Positions 17,457 through 27,634 of a stretch of 64,000 nt of DNA are shown here, piece after piece. Source of the stretch: a bacterium. Its GTDB lineage: Bacteria; UBA8248; JACPRG01; G963555815. Position numbers and translations under genes: made by a program. Numbering within the stretch: the stretch's first letter is position 1; every line of letters begins with the position of its first letter. The notes beneath the pieces were generated by a model. It had not been told where the DNA came from and searched no databases. It was given only the letters and a program-made list of their open reading frames with translations. The stretch spans positions 64,001 through 128,000 of the forward strand of contig CBDHDG010000001.1 in assembly GCA_965261595.1 (NCBI GenBank), in the 5' to 3' direction.

Positions 17457-18848
17457 ATGAAAGCGGATCTGAACATTGTGGGGGGAACCCTCGTCATCCC
17501 GGGCTCGGGACTCGTCCGCGCGGGCGTCTCGATCCACCGCGGGAAAATCCTCTCGGTGGCCTTCGAGGATGCGCTCCCTCCCGCCCGCGAGACCTTCGAG
17601 GCCTCGGGCCTCCACGTGTTCCCGGGCGTCATGGATCCCCACGTCCACCTGGGGTTTTCCGGCAGCTTCGCCAACGACTGCCGGACAGAAAGCCTCTCCG
17701 CCCTGTCCGCAGGGACCACAACCCTCTCGGCCCTCCTGCGGGAGCCGGGCTCCTATCTGAAAACCTTCCCGGATTTCCGAAAAGACGCCGAGGCCAACAG
17801 CTATACGGACATGGTTTTTTCCATCCGGCTCGGGGAAGAGCGGCAAGTGGAAGAAATCCCCGAGTACGTGGACCGCCTGGGCGTCACCGGCTTCAAATGC
17901 TACCAGTACGGGCTTCCGGGCATCGTCGAGGCCGAGGACGACGGACTCATGTTCATGGCCATGAAGACCCTGGCGAAGCTGGGAGACCCGACGTTCCTGG
18001 CCATTCACTGCGAGAACGAAGACCTCGTCATTCAGGCGACCGAGCGCGTCCGGGCGAAAAAGAAAAAAGGCGCCCTCGCCGACTGGGCGGATACGCACCC
18101 CGACGAGGCCGAGGAAGAGGGCGTCCTCCGGGCGGCTTATCTATCCGAAGCGACGGGCGCGCGGGTTTACATCGTCCACCTCTCGACCGCCCTGGCGGCG
18201 AGGCGGCTGCCCGCGCTTCGCCGGCGGAACCCGAACCTCCTCGTCGAGACAACCTCCCCCAACCTGTCCATCACGAAGTACTCGAAAAAGGGGTTCCTCG
18301 CCAAAATGTCGCCCCCCTTCCGCGCGCCCGAATCAGTCGAGGCGCTCTGGGAGGCGCTGCGGGACGGGCATATCGACGCCCTGGGCACGGACCACACGCC
18401 CAGGACGAGGGCGGAAAAGAACCTTCGAGGAGGGCTCTGGGGCTCCAAGACGGGAATCGCGGCCGTCGGAACCCACCTGCCCGTCCTGTTGCATGAGGGC
18501 CACCACAAGCGGGGCGTTTCCCTGGTCCGCATCGCCGAAGCGACCAGCCGGAACCCGGCTCGGATCTACGGCGTTTATCCGCAAAAAGGGGACATCCGCC
18601 CCGGAACGGACGCGGACCTGGCCCTGGTGGACCTCGAAACCGAAAAGCGCGTCCGCCCGGAGAAGCTGCACAGCTTTTCGGATTTCAGCCTGTATGAAGG
18701 GGATGTCCTCAAGGGATGGCCGAAGGCGATCATCAAGGGAGGCCGGCTGGCCCTTGTAGACGATGAGGTTCGTATCGAGCCGGGCGCGGGCCGTTACCTG
18801 CGCCGGAAGCTTGCCTCCGGCCGCCGCGCAACCGACATGACGCGATAA
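17457..18848 (+). CDS. Cyclic amidohydrolase (dihydropyrimidinase/hydantoinase/allantoinase family)
   Basis: PGVMDPHVH, GFK, HCEN, IVHLS, KMSPPFR, GTDH, NPARIYGVYPQKG..DADL. Confidence 0.9.
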   Translation: MKADLNIVGGTLVIPGSGLVRAGVSIHRGKILSVAFEDALPPARETFEASGLHVFPGVMDPHVHLGFSGSFANDCRTESLSALSAGTTTLSALLREPGSYLKTFPDFRKDAEANSYTDMVFSIRLGEERQVEEIPEYVDRLGVTGFKCYQYGLPGIVEAEDDGLMFMAMKTLAKLGDPTFLAIHCENEDLVIQATERVRAKKKKGALADWADTHPDEAEEEGVLRAAYLSEATGARVYIVHLSTALAARRLPALRRRNPNLLVETTSPNLSITKYSKKGFLAKMSPPFRAPESVEALWEALRDGHIDALGTDHTPRTRAEKNLRGGLWGSKTGIAAVGTHLPVLLHEGHHKRGVSLVRIAEATSRNPARIYGVYPQKGDIRPGTDADLALVDLETEKRVRPEKLHSFSDFSLYEGDVLKGWPKAIIKGGRLALVDDEVRIEPGAGRYLRRKLASGRRATDMTR

Positions 18849-19272
18849 GCAGAAGTGTTTTATTGGGTTTTGGCGGCGGGTGTGACGGAGGCCGAGTATT
18901 TCGAACCCGGAAGACCCAGCAGGCCCTCAGCCATCCGAATCACCTCCACCCACTGGGCGGCGCTCAGCTCGCCTTCCGATCCCCTAGTTTACCACTCGAT
19001 TGATCGCGCGTCAGGGGTCTCTCGCGGGAAATAATCCGCCCGACCCGACGTCTCCCCTGTCTCCCCAAACCGGACCGCCGGACAAGGCCGCTCAACCCGT
19101 CCGAGTCGGCAAGCGGGGTGCGAAACCATCTGAGGGTCAATGGACGGATAATGCGAGTGATGCGAGGAGGGCTGATTCTTTGAACCCCGGCCCCTAGCCG
19201 GCAGACAACGCGGGGAGGGCCGCTTCGGGGAGCCTCGGACAGCCACCTATCCCGACCCCCCTTGAAGTGAGC

Positions 19273-21558
19273 TTAATCCTGTCTCTCTTTCAACCGGTTC
19301 AGAAGCCGCTCCGCATTGATGGGCAGGGACTTCACCGCTATGCCTGTCGCGTCGGTGATGGCGTTCGCGATAGCGGGGGCGATGCCCACCAGCGCGGGCT
19401 CCGCCAAACCCTTCGCTCCCCAGGGACCCGTCGGCTCGTTGGACTCCACAATAATGGGAATGGTCTCGTCCGGCATATCCTCCGAGCAAGCGATCCGGTA
19501 ATCCACGATGTTGGCGTTCTGCGGAAGGCACGTGGCCGGATCCACCACCAAGTCTTCGATCAGGGCGTAACCGATCCCCTGCCCCGCCCCGCCTTCGATC
19601 TGACCCTCGCAAATCTGGGGATTGATCGCCCGGCCGAGGTCATGGGCGCACACCAGCTTCAGGACCTTGACCTCTCCCGTCTCGGTGTCGACCTCGACGT
19701 GGGCGAAATGCGCCAGAAAAGGCGGGCAGTTCGTCACCGGAGCGAAGGTCCCCCGTCCCATCACCATGACGTTCTTGTCGCAGTGAATGGCGTACATGGC
19801 GGCCTCCTCAAAGGGCAGCGCGCGCTTCGGCGCGCTCCGGACATAGACCTTTCCGTCCGCGCACGCCAAGTCCGCGGCGTCCGCCTCGAGCGCGTCGGCG
19901 ACCGCGGCCATGAGCTGGTCCCTCGCCTCCTCGGCGGCCATCTTCACCGCGTTTCCGGCCATGTAAGCCTGCCGGCTGCTGTGGGTCCCGTTGTCGTAAG
20001 GACAAAAATCGGTGTCGCCGTTGAAGACGTCGATCCGCTCCGGGTCGATCCCGAGAACCTCGCCGGCCACCTGCGCCAGGATGGTGTCGGAGCCCTGTCC
20101 CAAGTCACACGCCCCGACAGCGATGTTCACCGTTCCGTCCTCATTGATTTTCAGGACCGCCCCGGTGATCTCGTTCACGAAGGGTTTGACGCCCGTGTTG
20201 TGCGTGCCGACGGCCATTCCCACGCCCCGGACCTTCGATCCGTCCCGAAACCTCTTGCCCCGAATCTCCGACCAGCCGACAGCCTCGGCGCCTTTCCGGA
20301 TACACTCCTCCATCCCGGAGGATTCAATCGTGATCTTGCTCATTTCGTCGAAATCGCCGGCCCGCACGTGGTTCTTCAGGCGAAGCTCCAGGGCGTCCAT
20401 CTCCAGGGCCTCGGCCGCCCGGTCCATCAGGATCTCCATGGCGAAGGTCTGCTGGGGGGTCCCGAAACCGCGAAAGGCTCCCGCCACGGGGAAATTCGTG
20501 TAGGCGGCGAATCCCTCGTAGCGTACGTGCGGCGTGCGGTAGAGCATCATCCACCGGTGGCCGGTCGTCATCGTCACCTTGGGACTGGCGGCGGAATACC
20601 CGCCCGCGTTCAGATAGGCCCGAAGCGTGCGCGCGTGGAGCGTCCCGTCCGACTTGAACCCCAGCTTGAGATGGAAGCGGTTCGCGTGCCGGGTCCGCGT
20701 CCCCACAAACTCCTCCCACCGGGTCAGGGTCAGCCGGACCGGCCGGCCGGTCTCCATGGTCATCAGGGCGACAACGATCTCGTCGAACAGGTCGTTCTTG
20801 CCGCCGAAGCTGCCGCCCGTGAACGGCTTGATGACGCGGATTCGCGTCAGGGGCATATCGAGGATCTTGCCCAGGAGAATCCGGATGTTATGAACACCCT
20901 GGGTCGAGGTCCAGACCGTGAGCCGGCCCGAGTGCCTGTCGTGCTCGGCCGCGTAGGTGTGCGTCTCCATCGGCATGTGCTGGACCACGTGGGTCTCGAA
21001 GGAATCCTCCAGGACCAGGTCGCACTCCCGGAAGCCTTCCTCCGCGTCGCCGACAGACCACTCCACGTGCTTCAGGAGGTTGGTGTCCCCGTGAATGGGA
21101 CGCGCGTCCGGCTCGAGCGCCTTCTCGGGATCTCCGATCACGGGCAGGTGCTCATAATCCACCTTGATGAGGTGAAGGGCGTCTTCCGCGGCCTGCGGCG
21201 TGGTCGCCGCCACGGCCGCCACGCGGTCGCCCACGTGCCGGACAACGGGAGAAAACGCCCGCTCATCGGGAGGGAGCCGATCGTCGTCCACGGGTTCGCG
21301 CCAATAGCTGTTGAAAAGAACGTCGGGCGTGTTCTCGTGGGTCAGGACGGCCTTGACGCCCGGAACCGCCAGGGCCTTGGAAACGTCGATCCCCCGGATC
21401 CGGGCGTGGGGGACGGGGCTGCGCAGGATTCGCATGGTCAACGCCCGGTGCATCGGCAGGTCCGCCGTGTAACGCGCCTGCCCCGTCACCTTGACAAAGG
21501 CGTCCTTCTTCTTGACCGGCTTTCCGATGTACCGGAGGTCGCTCCCGTTTCCGCTCAT
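19273..21558 (-). CDS. Xanthine dehydrogenase-family molybdopterin-binding subunit
   Basis: KVTGQARY, RSPVPHA, GGSFGGK, AFRGFG, DLGQG, GQIEGG..QGIG, GAKGLAE; start MSGNGSDLRYIG overlaps the FeS gene stop. Confidence 0.93.
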   Translation of the reverse strand: MSGNGSDLRYIGKPVKKKDAFVKVTGQARYTADLPMHRALTMRILRSPVPHARIRGIDVSKALAVPGVKAVLTHENTPDVLFNSYWREPVDDDRLPPDERAFSPVVRHVGDRVAAVAATTPQAAEDALHLIKVDYEHLPVIGDPEKALEPDARPIHGDTNLLKHVEWSVGDAEEGFRECDLVLEDSFETHVVQHMPMETHTYAAEHDRHSGRLTVWTSTQGVHNIRILLGKILDMPLTRIRVIKPFTGGSFGGKNDLFDEIVVALMTMETGRPVRLTLTRWEEFVGTRTRHANRFHLKLGFKSDGTLHARTLRAYLNAGGYSAASPKVTMTTGHRWMMLYRTPHVRYEGFAAYTNFPVAGAFRGFGTPQQTFAMEILMDRAAEALEMDALELRLKNHVRAGDFDEMSKITIESSGMEECIRKGAEAVGWSEIRGKRFRDGSKVRGVGMAVGTHNTGVKPFVNEITGAVLKINEDGTVNIAVGACDLGQGSDTILAQVAGEVLGIDPERIDVFNGDTDFCPYDNGTHSSRQAYMAGNAVKMAAEEARDQLMAAVADALEADAADLACADGKVYVRSAPKRALPFEEAAMYAIHCDKNVMVMGRGTFAPVTNCPPFLAHFAHVEVDTETGEVKVLKLVCAHDLGRAINPQICEGQIEGGAGQGIGYALIEDLVVDPATCLPQNANIVDYRIACSEDMPDETIPIIVESNEPTGPWGAKGLAEPALVGIAPAIANAITDATGIAVKSLPINAERLLNRLKERQD

Positions 21559-22034
21559 CCCGCTTCCCCCATCCTCTTCGCCGCGAGCTCGATGGCGTCG
21601 ATGATCTTGATGTATCCCGTACACCGGCAGTAGTTCCCGTGGAGGGCCTCCCGGATTTGACCTTTGTCGGGATTCGGAATTTCGTCCAGAAGCGAGATGG
21701 AAGTCAGAACCATGGCCGGGGTGCAGAATCCGCACTGCACGGCCCCGCATTCGATGAAGGCCGTCTGGACCGGGTGCAGCGCGTCTCCGTCCGCCACGCC
21801 CTCGATCGTCCGGACCTCGGTCCCGTCGGCGCGAACGGCGGGGATCAGGCAGGAACACGCCAACTCCCCCCCCATCAGGACGATGCAGCAGCCGCACACG
21901 CCGACGTCACAACCCACCTTCGTCCCGGTAAGCTGAAGGTCTTCCCGCAACACTTCCGACAGGAACCGGTTCACCGCGACGGTGAGCTCGATGGGTTCGT
22001 CATTGACTGAGAATCGGATTGTCTTTCTGTCCAC
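21555..22034 (-). CDS. XDH-family (2Fe-2S) subunit
   Basis: GTKVGCDVGVCGCC, SCL, QCGFCTP, GNYCRCTGY. Confidence 0.95.
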   Translation of the reverse strand: MDRKTIRFSVNDEPIELTVAVNRFLSEVLREDLQLTGTKVGCDVGVCGCCIVLMGGELACSCLIPAVRADGTEVRTIEGVADGDALHPVQTAFIECGAVQCGFCTPAMVLTSISLLDEIPNPDKGQIREALHGNYCRCTGYIKIIDAIELAAKRMGEAG

Positions 22035-22090
22035 GAGGATCCTTTCCGGAACCGGCGAACGCCCGGCGCCGGGCCGTGGGTGTCGCCCGG

Positions 22091-22954
22091 TTAATCCCCG
22101 GGCGTGATTTGCTTCAACAGGCGCGGGAGGAGGACCTTGACCATCTCCCGCTTGTACGTCCCGGAGCAGTAAACGTCGTCGGGCGGATCGACTTCGGCGG
22201 CCGCGGCCGCGGCCGCCGCGTCAAAGACTCCCGCATCGAGCGCCTTCTCACGCAGGGCCTCTTCCGCCCCCGTCGAGCGCATCGGCGTCGGCGCGGCGTT
22301 GGAAAAAGCAACGCGGGCTTCCAGGCACGTCCTGCCGTCGGGCGCGAGATCCAGCCGGACGGCGATGCCCAGGGTGGGCTTGTCCGCCTTCGAGCGGGGC
22401 GTGAACTTCAGGTGTCCGAAGACCGAATTCTCCCTGACCTTCGGGATTGAGATCTCGCCGATGACCTCAGAGCGCGTCAGGCAGGTCTCATAGGTGTCGA
22501 CGAAGAGGTCTTTCACCTCGATAGTCCGGTAGCGCCCCTTCCGGACGGCGTGGACCGAGGCGTCCAGAACCAGGCAGGCCGCGGGCGGGTCCGAAGCCGT
22601 CTCCCCATAGGCCAGACACCCGCCCAGCGTAATCTGGTTGCGAAGCCGCCGGGAGGCGACCTTCCCCACGACTTCCGCGAGGAACGGAACGGTGTTGAGG
22701 ACAACGGGCGATCGCTCGATCTCGGTCAGCGTCGCCAACGCGCCGATCCGAAGACCCTCCTCACCGGCCAGAAGGAACCGGAGCTCGGGTATGCCCTGGA
22801 GGTCCACCAATGATTCCGGGGAGAAAATCCGCTCCTTCATGAGGGCGAAGAGCGCGGTTCCGCCGCCGACGGCCTTCGCCATCTCTCCCCTGGTTTCCAG
22901 CAGCGCAACGGCTTCTTTCAGGTCGTGCGGCAGTTGATAGTCGAAGTTCTTCAC
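22091..22954 (-). CDS. XDH-family FAD-binding subunit
   Basis: FDYQLP, GGGTAL, IGALATL, RNQITLGG, SGTYKR. Confidence 0.93.
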   Translation of the reverse strand: MKNFDYQLPHDLKEAVALLETRGEMAKAVGGGTALFALMKERIFSPESLVDLQGIPELRFLLAGEEGLRIGALATLTEIERSPVVLNTVPFLAEVVGKVASRRLRNQITLGGCLAYGETASDPPAACLVLDASVHAVRKGRYRTIEVKDLFVDTYETCLTRSEVIGEISIPKVRENSVFGHLKFTPRSKADKPTLGIAVRLDLAPDGRTCLEARVAFSNAAPTPMRSTGAEEALREKALDAGVFDAAAAAAAAEVDPPDDVYCSGTYKREMVKVLLPRLLKQITPGD

Positions 22955-23016
22955 GGTCCGCTGAATCCTTCCCCGGGGTCGTTCCGCCCCGCCGCTTGGT
23001 CCATCCGCCTCGGGCC

Positions 23017-23058
23017 TCGGCGTGAATTATACTTCAATCGGCGTGAATTATACTTCAA
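23017..23058. repeat. Perfect 21-bp tandem duplication in a divergent promoter region
   Basis: tcggcgtgaattatacttcaa x2; each copy reads TATAAT on the minus strand. Confidence 0.85.
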
Positions 23059-23249
23059 ACGGAATCCGGATCAGGGCTTTCCCGGAAGTTGTCACCCCGC
23101 ACGAATGTTGATACACTTGGGGCTTTGCGGAGGTTCAAGCCATCATCCCGCGCGGCGCCGTTTTGGTTCGGAGGGCGCCGGGGGGGTTCGCTTCACCGAG
23201 CCGGTCCGAATCTCAGGATGTTTTCCACCGTTAAAAAGAGGAGAGCAAC

Positions 23250-24665
23250 GTGGCCATCGACCTTCTTATCCGGAACGGGACCATCGTCACCCCCGACGCA
23301 ACGTTCGAGGCGGCCATCGGCATCGACAAGGGTGTCATCGTCGCCATCGGCGATGAGACCAGCATGCCGGAAGGCAGAACTAACATCAACGCCAAGGGCC
23401 TTCATGTCCTGCCCGGCCTCATCGACGCACACGTCCATTTCCGGGAGCCCGGCGTAGAGTACAAGGAAGACTTCAACACGGGCAGCCGGGCCGCGGTGTG
23501 CGGCGGCATCACGACCGTCGTCGACATGCCCAACGTCATCCCCGCCACGGCCGACGTGCCTGCGTTCAATCTGAAGGTGAGCCGTCTCCAAGGGAAATCC
23601 TTCGTGGACGTCGCGGTCCTGGCGGTCGTCGTCAACACCAACCTGGGACAGCTCAAGGAGCTCGCGAAGGCCGGCGTGATCGGCTTCAAGGTCTTCCTCG
23701 GCGAGACGGTGGGCGGAATCCCCGCCCCGGACGACGGCCCGCTCCTCGAGGCCTGGGACATCATCGCCGCGACCGGCCGCCGGACGTGCATTCACGGCGA
23801 GCACCGGCCCATCACCAGCCACCTCATCGAGAAGTTCAAGAAGGAGGGCCGCACGGACCCGCTGGCCCACGTGGACAGCCGCCCGCCCATCTCCGCGGTC
23901 CAGGCCGTCATGACCGCCGTCAACTACTGCCGGGTGACCGGGGCGAAACTGCACGACCTGCACGAAGGGTGCGCGGACGTGATCAACATGCTCCGCGAGG
24001 TGAGGGCCAAAGGGGACGTGGACGTCACCGTCGAGACGGGGCCCCACTACCTGCTCATGACGGCCGAGGACATGAAGAAGAAGCACATCGGCAACCTCAT
24101 CCGGATGAACCCGCCCATCCGGTATAAGGGACATCAGGAAACCCTTTGGGAGGGTCTGAACGACGGGTCCATCGACATGGTCGCCACCGATCACTCCCCG
24201 CACACCATCAAGGAAAAGACCCAAAAGAGCATCTGGGACACCATCCCCGGATTCCCGGGCGTCGAGACCAACGTCCCCATCATGCTGACCCAGGTCGACG
24301 CGGGGAGAATCAGTCTCGAGCAGTATGTCCGCGTCCAGTCCGAGAATCCCGCCAAGGTCTGGCAGATGTACCCGCAGAAGGGCTCGCTTCAGCTCGGCAC
24401 CGACGGGGACATCACGATCGTGGACTTGAACAAGACGGGCACGATCCGCGCCAAGAACCTCCACTCCAAAAACAAGATCACGCCCTGGGAGGGGTGGAAG
24501 GTGAAGGGGATGCCCGTTTACACCATCGTCCGGGGAAACGTGGTCATGAGGAACGGGAAGGTCATGGGCAAACCGCAGGGGCGGTTGGTGACCCCCATCG
24601 ATCACAAACCCGAGGCCCCCAAGAAAAAAGCCGCCCCCAAGGCGAAGGCTGCCAAGAAAAAGTAA
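23250..24665 (+). CDS. Allantoinase/dihydroorotase-like cyclic amidohydrolase
   Basis: PGLIDAHVHFREPG, GGITTVVDMPN, GFKVFL, HGE, ETGPHYL, MNPPIR, ATDHSPH, NPAK; Lys-rich tail. Confidence 0.92.
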   Translation: MAIDLLIRNGTIVTPDATFEAAIGIDKGVIVAIGDETSMPEGRTNINAKGLHVLPGLIDAHVHFREPGVEYKEDFNTGSRAAVCGGITTVVDMPNVIPATADVPAFNLKVSRLQGKSFVDVAVLAVVVNTNLGQLKELAKAGVIGFKVFLGETVGGIPAPDDGPLLEAWDIIAATGRRTCIHGEHRPITSHLIEKFKKEGRTDPLAHVDSRPPISAVQAVMTAVNYCRVTGAKLHDLHEGCADVINMLREVRAKGDVDVTVETGPHYLLMTAEDMKKKHIGNLIRMNPPIRYKGHQETLWEGLNDGSIDMVATDHSPHTIKEKTQKSIWDTIPGFPGVETNVPIMLTQVDAGRISLEQYVRVQSENPAKVWQMYPQKGSLQLGTDGDITIVDLNKTGTIRAKNLHSKNKITPWEGWKVKGMPVYTIVRGNVVMRNGKVMGKPQGRLVTPIDHKPEAPKKKAAPKAKAAKKK

Positions 24666-24671
24666 GGGATG

Positions 24672-24715
24672 GGGCGCCGGCGGTTCCCGATGCGGAAAAG
24701 CCGGCGCCCTTTTTT
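24672..24715 (+). terminator. Rho-independent terminator
   Basis: gggcgccggc ... gccggcgccc followed by tttttt just after the stop at 24665. Confidence 0.65.
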
Positions 24716-24759
24716 CATTCGGTGAACCGGAAAATCAGGGGAAATTGGAGGAAGAGAAG

Positions 24760-25929
24760 ATGAGCGCCGCCCTGGAGGACCGGGGCGCGGTGACGCGCCC
24801 TGCCATCGAAGACAACCTGCACCTCTTCTGGCAAACCCTGAAGAACCGGGGCGTCCACCGACGCGAAGTCCTGGGGACCCTTCGGCGGGCGGAGCGCGCC
24901 CTCGGCCCGGGCCGACTGGAAGAGATCGCGGACCTCTCGGCCGGATCGGAGACCCCCTTTGAAGACCTCCTCGCCTTCAACCTCTACGAGGACGCGGTCT
25001 TCCGGGACGGCTGCACGGTCCTGATGGCGCTGGGAAAGACCTCGGCCTCGGGCAACCCCATCCTCCTGAAGAACAGCGACAAGGTCGGTGGCCAGAGCCT
25101 GACCGGACCGAACTTTCATCTCAACAAGGAAATCAACGTCATTCAGGACGTCCGCTCCGATTCCGGACACCGGATCCTGGGCGTGTGCGCGGCCGGCTCC
25201 ACGGGGATCAAGATGGGGATGAACGACGCCGGCGTCATCACCGCCAGCAACATCGGCCGGACGGTCGAGCTCAAAGAGAAGAAGACGGACCTCACCACCC
25301 TGCGGGCCATCGACCGGGCGCAGGTCATGCGCGACGGACTCGAATTCGACAACGCCCGCGACGCCGCCGAAAGGACCCTGTCCGACCTCATCGACAGTCC
25401 GATGAGCACGCCGGGGAACGTGGAGTTTCTGGACAAAGAAGCCTGCTACATCATCGAGGGGTCGTACACGCAGTTCGCCGTCGAGATCATCCGCGGAGAC
25501 CGCGTGGCCGCCCGGGCCAACCACTTCAAACTCCTCCACGACCTGAACGATCCTGAAGACATCGCCGGGCACAAGCGGTACGCCCGCTGCATGGAGCTCC
25601 TCGAAGGCAACGCCGGGCGCGTCGACCGCGAGAAGATGATCGAGTTCTCCATGGACCACGCCAACGGACCGGGGCCCAATTCGATCTGCCGCTATGGGAC
25701 GACACCGGAGGAAGAGACCTCTCTCTCGTCCATGATCATGGAGATCAATCCGGACGATCCAAAAAAATCCGCCGTTCACATCTGCCTCGGCAAGCCCAGC
25801 CACGCCTGGCGGGATCCGGCGGGGAACCTCACTCTGTCCATGGACAGCAAGCCGAAGGACATCCCGCAAGGCTTCCTCAACGGCGACATCTGGAAGCGGT
25901 TCTACACCGAAGAGCCCAACGCGGCGTAG
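24760..25929 (+). CDS. C45-family Ntn-hydrolase (autoproteolytic amidase/acyltransferase)
   Basis: LEEI...LLAFN...DG/CT autocleavage motif, GNPILLKNSD, GMNDAGV, ANHF, SICR. Confidence 0.8.
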   Translation: MSAALEDRGAVTRPAIEDNLHLFWQTLKNRGVHRREVLGTLRRAERALGPGRLEEIADLSAGSETPFEDLLAFNLYEDAVFRDGCTVLMALGKTSASGNPILLKNSDKVGGQSLTGPNFHLNKEINVIQDVRSDSGHRILGVCAAGSTGIKMGMNDAGVITASNIGRTVELKEKKTDLTTLRAIDRAQVMRDGLEFDNARDAAERTLSDLIDSPMSTPGNVEFLDKEACYIIEGSYTQFAVEIIRGDRVAARANHFKLLHDLNDPEDIAGHKRYARCMELLEGNAGRVDREKMIEFSMDHANGPGPNSICRYGTTPEEETSLSSMIMEINPDDPKKSAVHICLGKPSHAWRDPAGNLTLSMDSKPKDIPQGFLNGDIWKRFYTEEPNAA

Positions 25930-26214
25930 GAACGAGGCAAGAAACCGCTCTCGGGATTAAGCGGGGGAAGATCGCCCTTCCACACAATGTGGCGACACGG
26001 ACTGGCTCCGCATTCGGATTGAACCCTCTTCGAATTATGAACGCTTCCACGGCAAAATCGTTCTGAACAATACGGATCCGCCTGAATTCCTTTCTCATCG
26101 ATGACAGTGGAGGATGGCTTCCTCTTCTCCAACCCGTCCGCATTGGGTAGGATTGGTCCCGGCGGGCGATTTTTCCCCGCGAGAAAACCGGACCTCCTTC
26201 AGAGGGCGCTCCCC

Positions 26215-27579
26215 ATGAACTTGAAGACACTCGGATGCCTCGCACTGTCCTGCATCCTCGTCGCGCCCTGGGCCGCGGCGGCGGAAACGGTCGAGATCAT
26301 CGTCTGGGCCCCGGCCGACCGGAATGAGCGATACCGCTACGAGGGCGTCGTCCTGGCCGCGAAGATCCTCAACGAGGAGCTCAAGATTGAGGGCCGCTCC
26401 ACCCGCGTGACTGTCCGGGCCCAGGCCTTCTCGGGCGCGCAGACCTGGCAGAAATTGAAGCAGGGATTCTCCCTCGCGGTCGAGGCCGGCCGGGGACCGC
26501 ACATCATCGTCGGCGGCCACGAGGACATTGCGGTCTGGGGACGCGCCGGCATCATCCAACCCATCGAAGACCTCGTCGATCTCGAACAATGGCCCCTGAG
26601 CAACGTGCACCCGAACCTCTGGCCGATGATGTCTTATGACGGCCGGGTCTGGGGCGTTCCGCAGGACGCGGAAATCCGGTCGTTCTTCGGCTGGATTCCT
26701 CACCTGAAGGCCATCGGATATTCCGACGCGGACATCCAGGCCCTCCCCCAAAGGATACGCGACGGCGAATACACCCTGCGAAACGTCCTGGAGGACGCGA
26801 AGAAGATCCAGGACGCCGGGCGCGTCGAAAAAGGATACGGCTTCTATCCCCGCCCCTCGAAGGGGAGCGATTTCTGGCAGTTCTACCTGGCGAGCGGCGG
26901 CGCGATGATGGACCCGAAGAGCGGGAAGCTGGTCCTGGACAAGGCCGCCCTGCTGAAATATTACCGGTTCTTTCACGAGGCGGTCTTCAAGTACGGCGTC
27001 ACCAAGAAAAACCACCTGGGCATGGAATGGGACCAGTGGTACAAGGAGGTCGCAACCGGCAAGGCCGGCCTCTGGCACGGCGGCTCGTGGCATTACGCGC
27101 GCTACACCCGCAAGGAGGGGCTGGACGACTTCTTCGGCAAGGTGACATACGGGTTGATCCCTTCCGGTGGGCCGGCCTCCGGCGGGCCGGGAGGAAGGGC
27201 GGTCACGCTCACCCATCCGCTGGTCTACCTGGTCTCGAAGCGGGCCCGGGGGGTGGAGGCGGAGATGGCCGGACGGCTGATCACCATCGTCTCCGAACCG
27301 CGACTGAACACCCTGCACGCGATTGCCTCGGCCCATCTCGGGATCACGCGCTCCCAGGAGAAGGTCGCGCTCTACGCCGATGATCGGTGGACGATCGAGA
27401 TGACGAAACTGCTGAAGGGCGCAGTCGCCCTGCCCAACAACGTCCATTTCGGCCGGTACGATCAAATCGTCTGGCGGGGCCTGACCGCATCGTGGAGCGG
27501 CGTCCCGCCCCTGGAGGCGGTGAACACCGTGGTCAAGGAAATCCGGGCCGTTATGGGGGACAAGGTCATCATCCGTTAG
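26215..27579 (+). CDS. Carbohydrate ABC transporter substrate-binding protein (InoE-like)
   Basis: Signal peptide; GHEDIAVW, WGVPQDAEIR, GEYTL, RPSKGSDF, WHGGSW, TLTHP, as recalled for inositol-phosphate binding proteins. Confidence 0.85.
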   Translation: MNLKTLGCLALSCILVAPWAAAAETVEIIVWAPADRNERYRYEGVVLAAKILNEELKIEGRSTRVTVRAQAFSGAQTWQKLKQGFSLAVEAGRGPHIIVGGHEDIAVWGRAGIIQPIEDLVDLEQWPLSNVHPNLWPMMSYDGRVWGVPQDAEIRSFFGWIPHLKAIGYSDADIQALPQRIRDGEYTLRNVLEDAKKIQDAGRVEKGYGFYPRPSKGSDFWQFYLASGGAMMDPKSGKLVLDKAALLKYYRFFHEAVFKYGVTKKNHLGMEWDQWYKEVATGKAGLWHGGSWHYARYTRKEGLDDFFGKVTYGLIPSGGPASGGPGGRAVTLTHPLVYLVSKRARGVEAEMAGRLITIVSEPRLNTLHAIASAHLGITRSQEKVALYADDRWTIEMTKLLKGAVALPNNVHFGRYDQIVWRGLTASWSGVPPLEAVNTVVKEIRAVMGDKVIIR

Positions 27580-27634
27580 GATTTCCCGTCCACCGGGGGG
27601 CGCGCCGCTCGCGTCCAGGAAGCAGGAATGCCCG

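Noticed and set aside
18883..18915. tRNA-like 3' end on the minus strand (ggaggccgagtatttcgaacccgg)
   Set aside because: The T-stem does not pair, and there is no CCA end or cloverleaf
19190..19256. Group II intron 3' end (…ccacctatcccgac)
   Set aside because: No recognisable domain V, no GTGCG 5' end and no reverse transcriptase ORF
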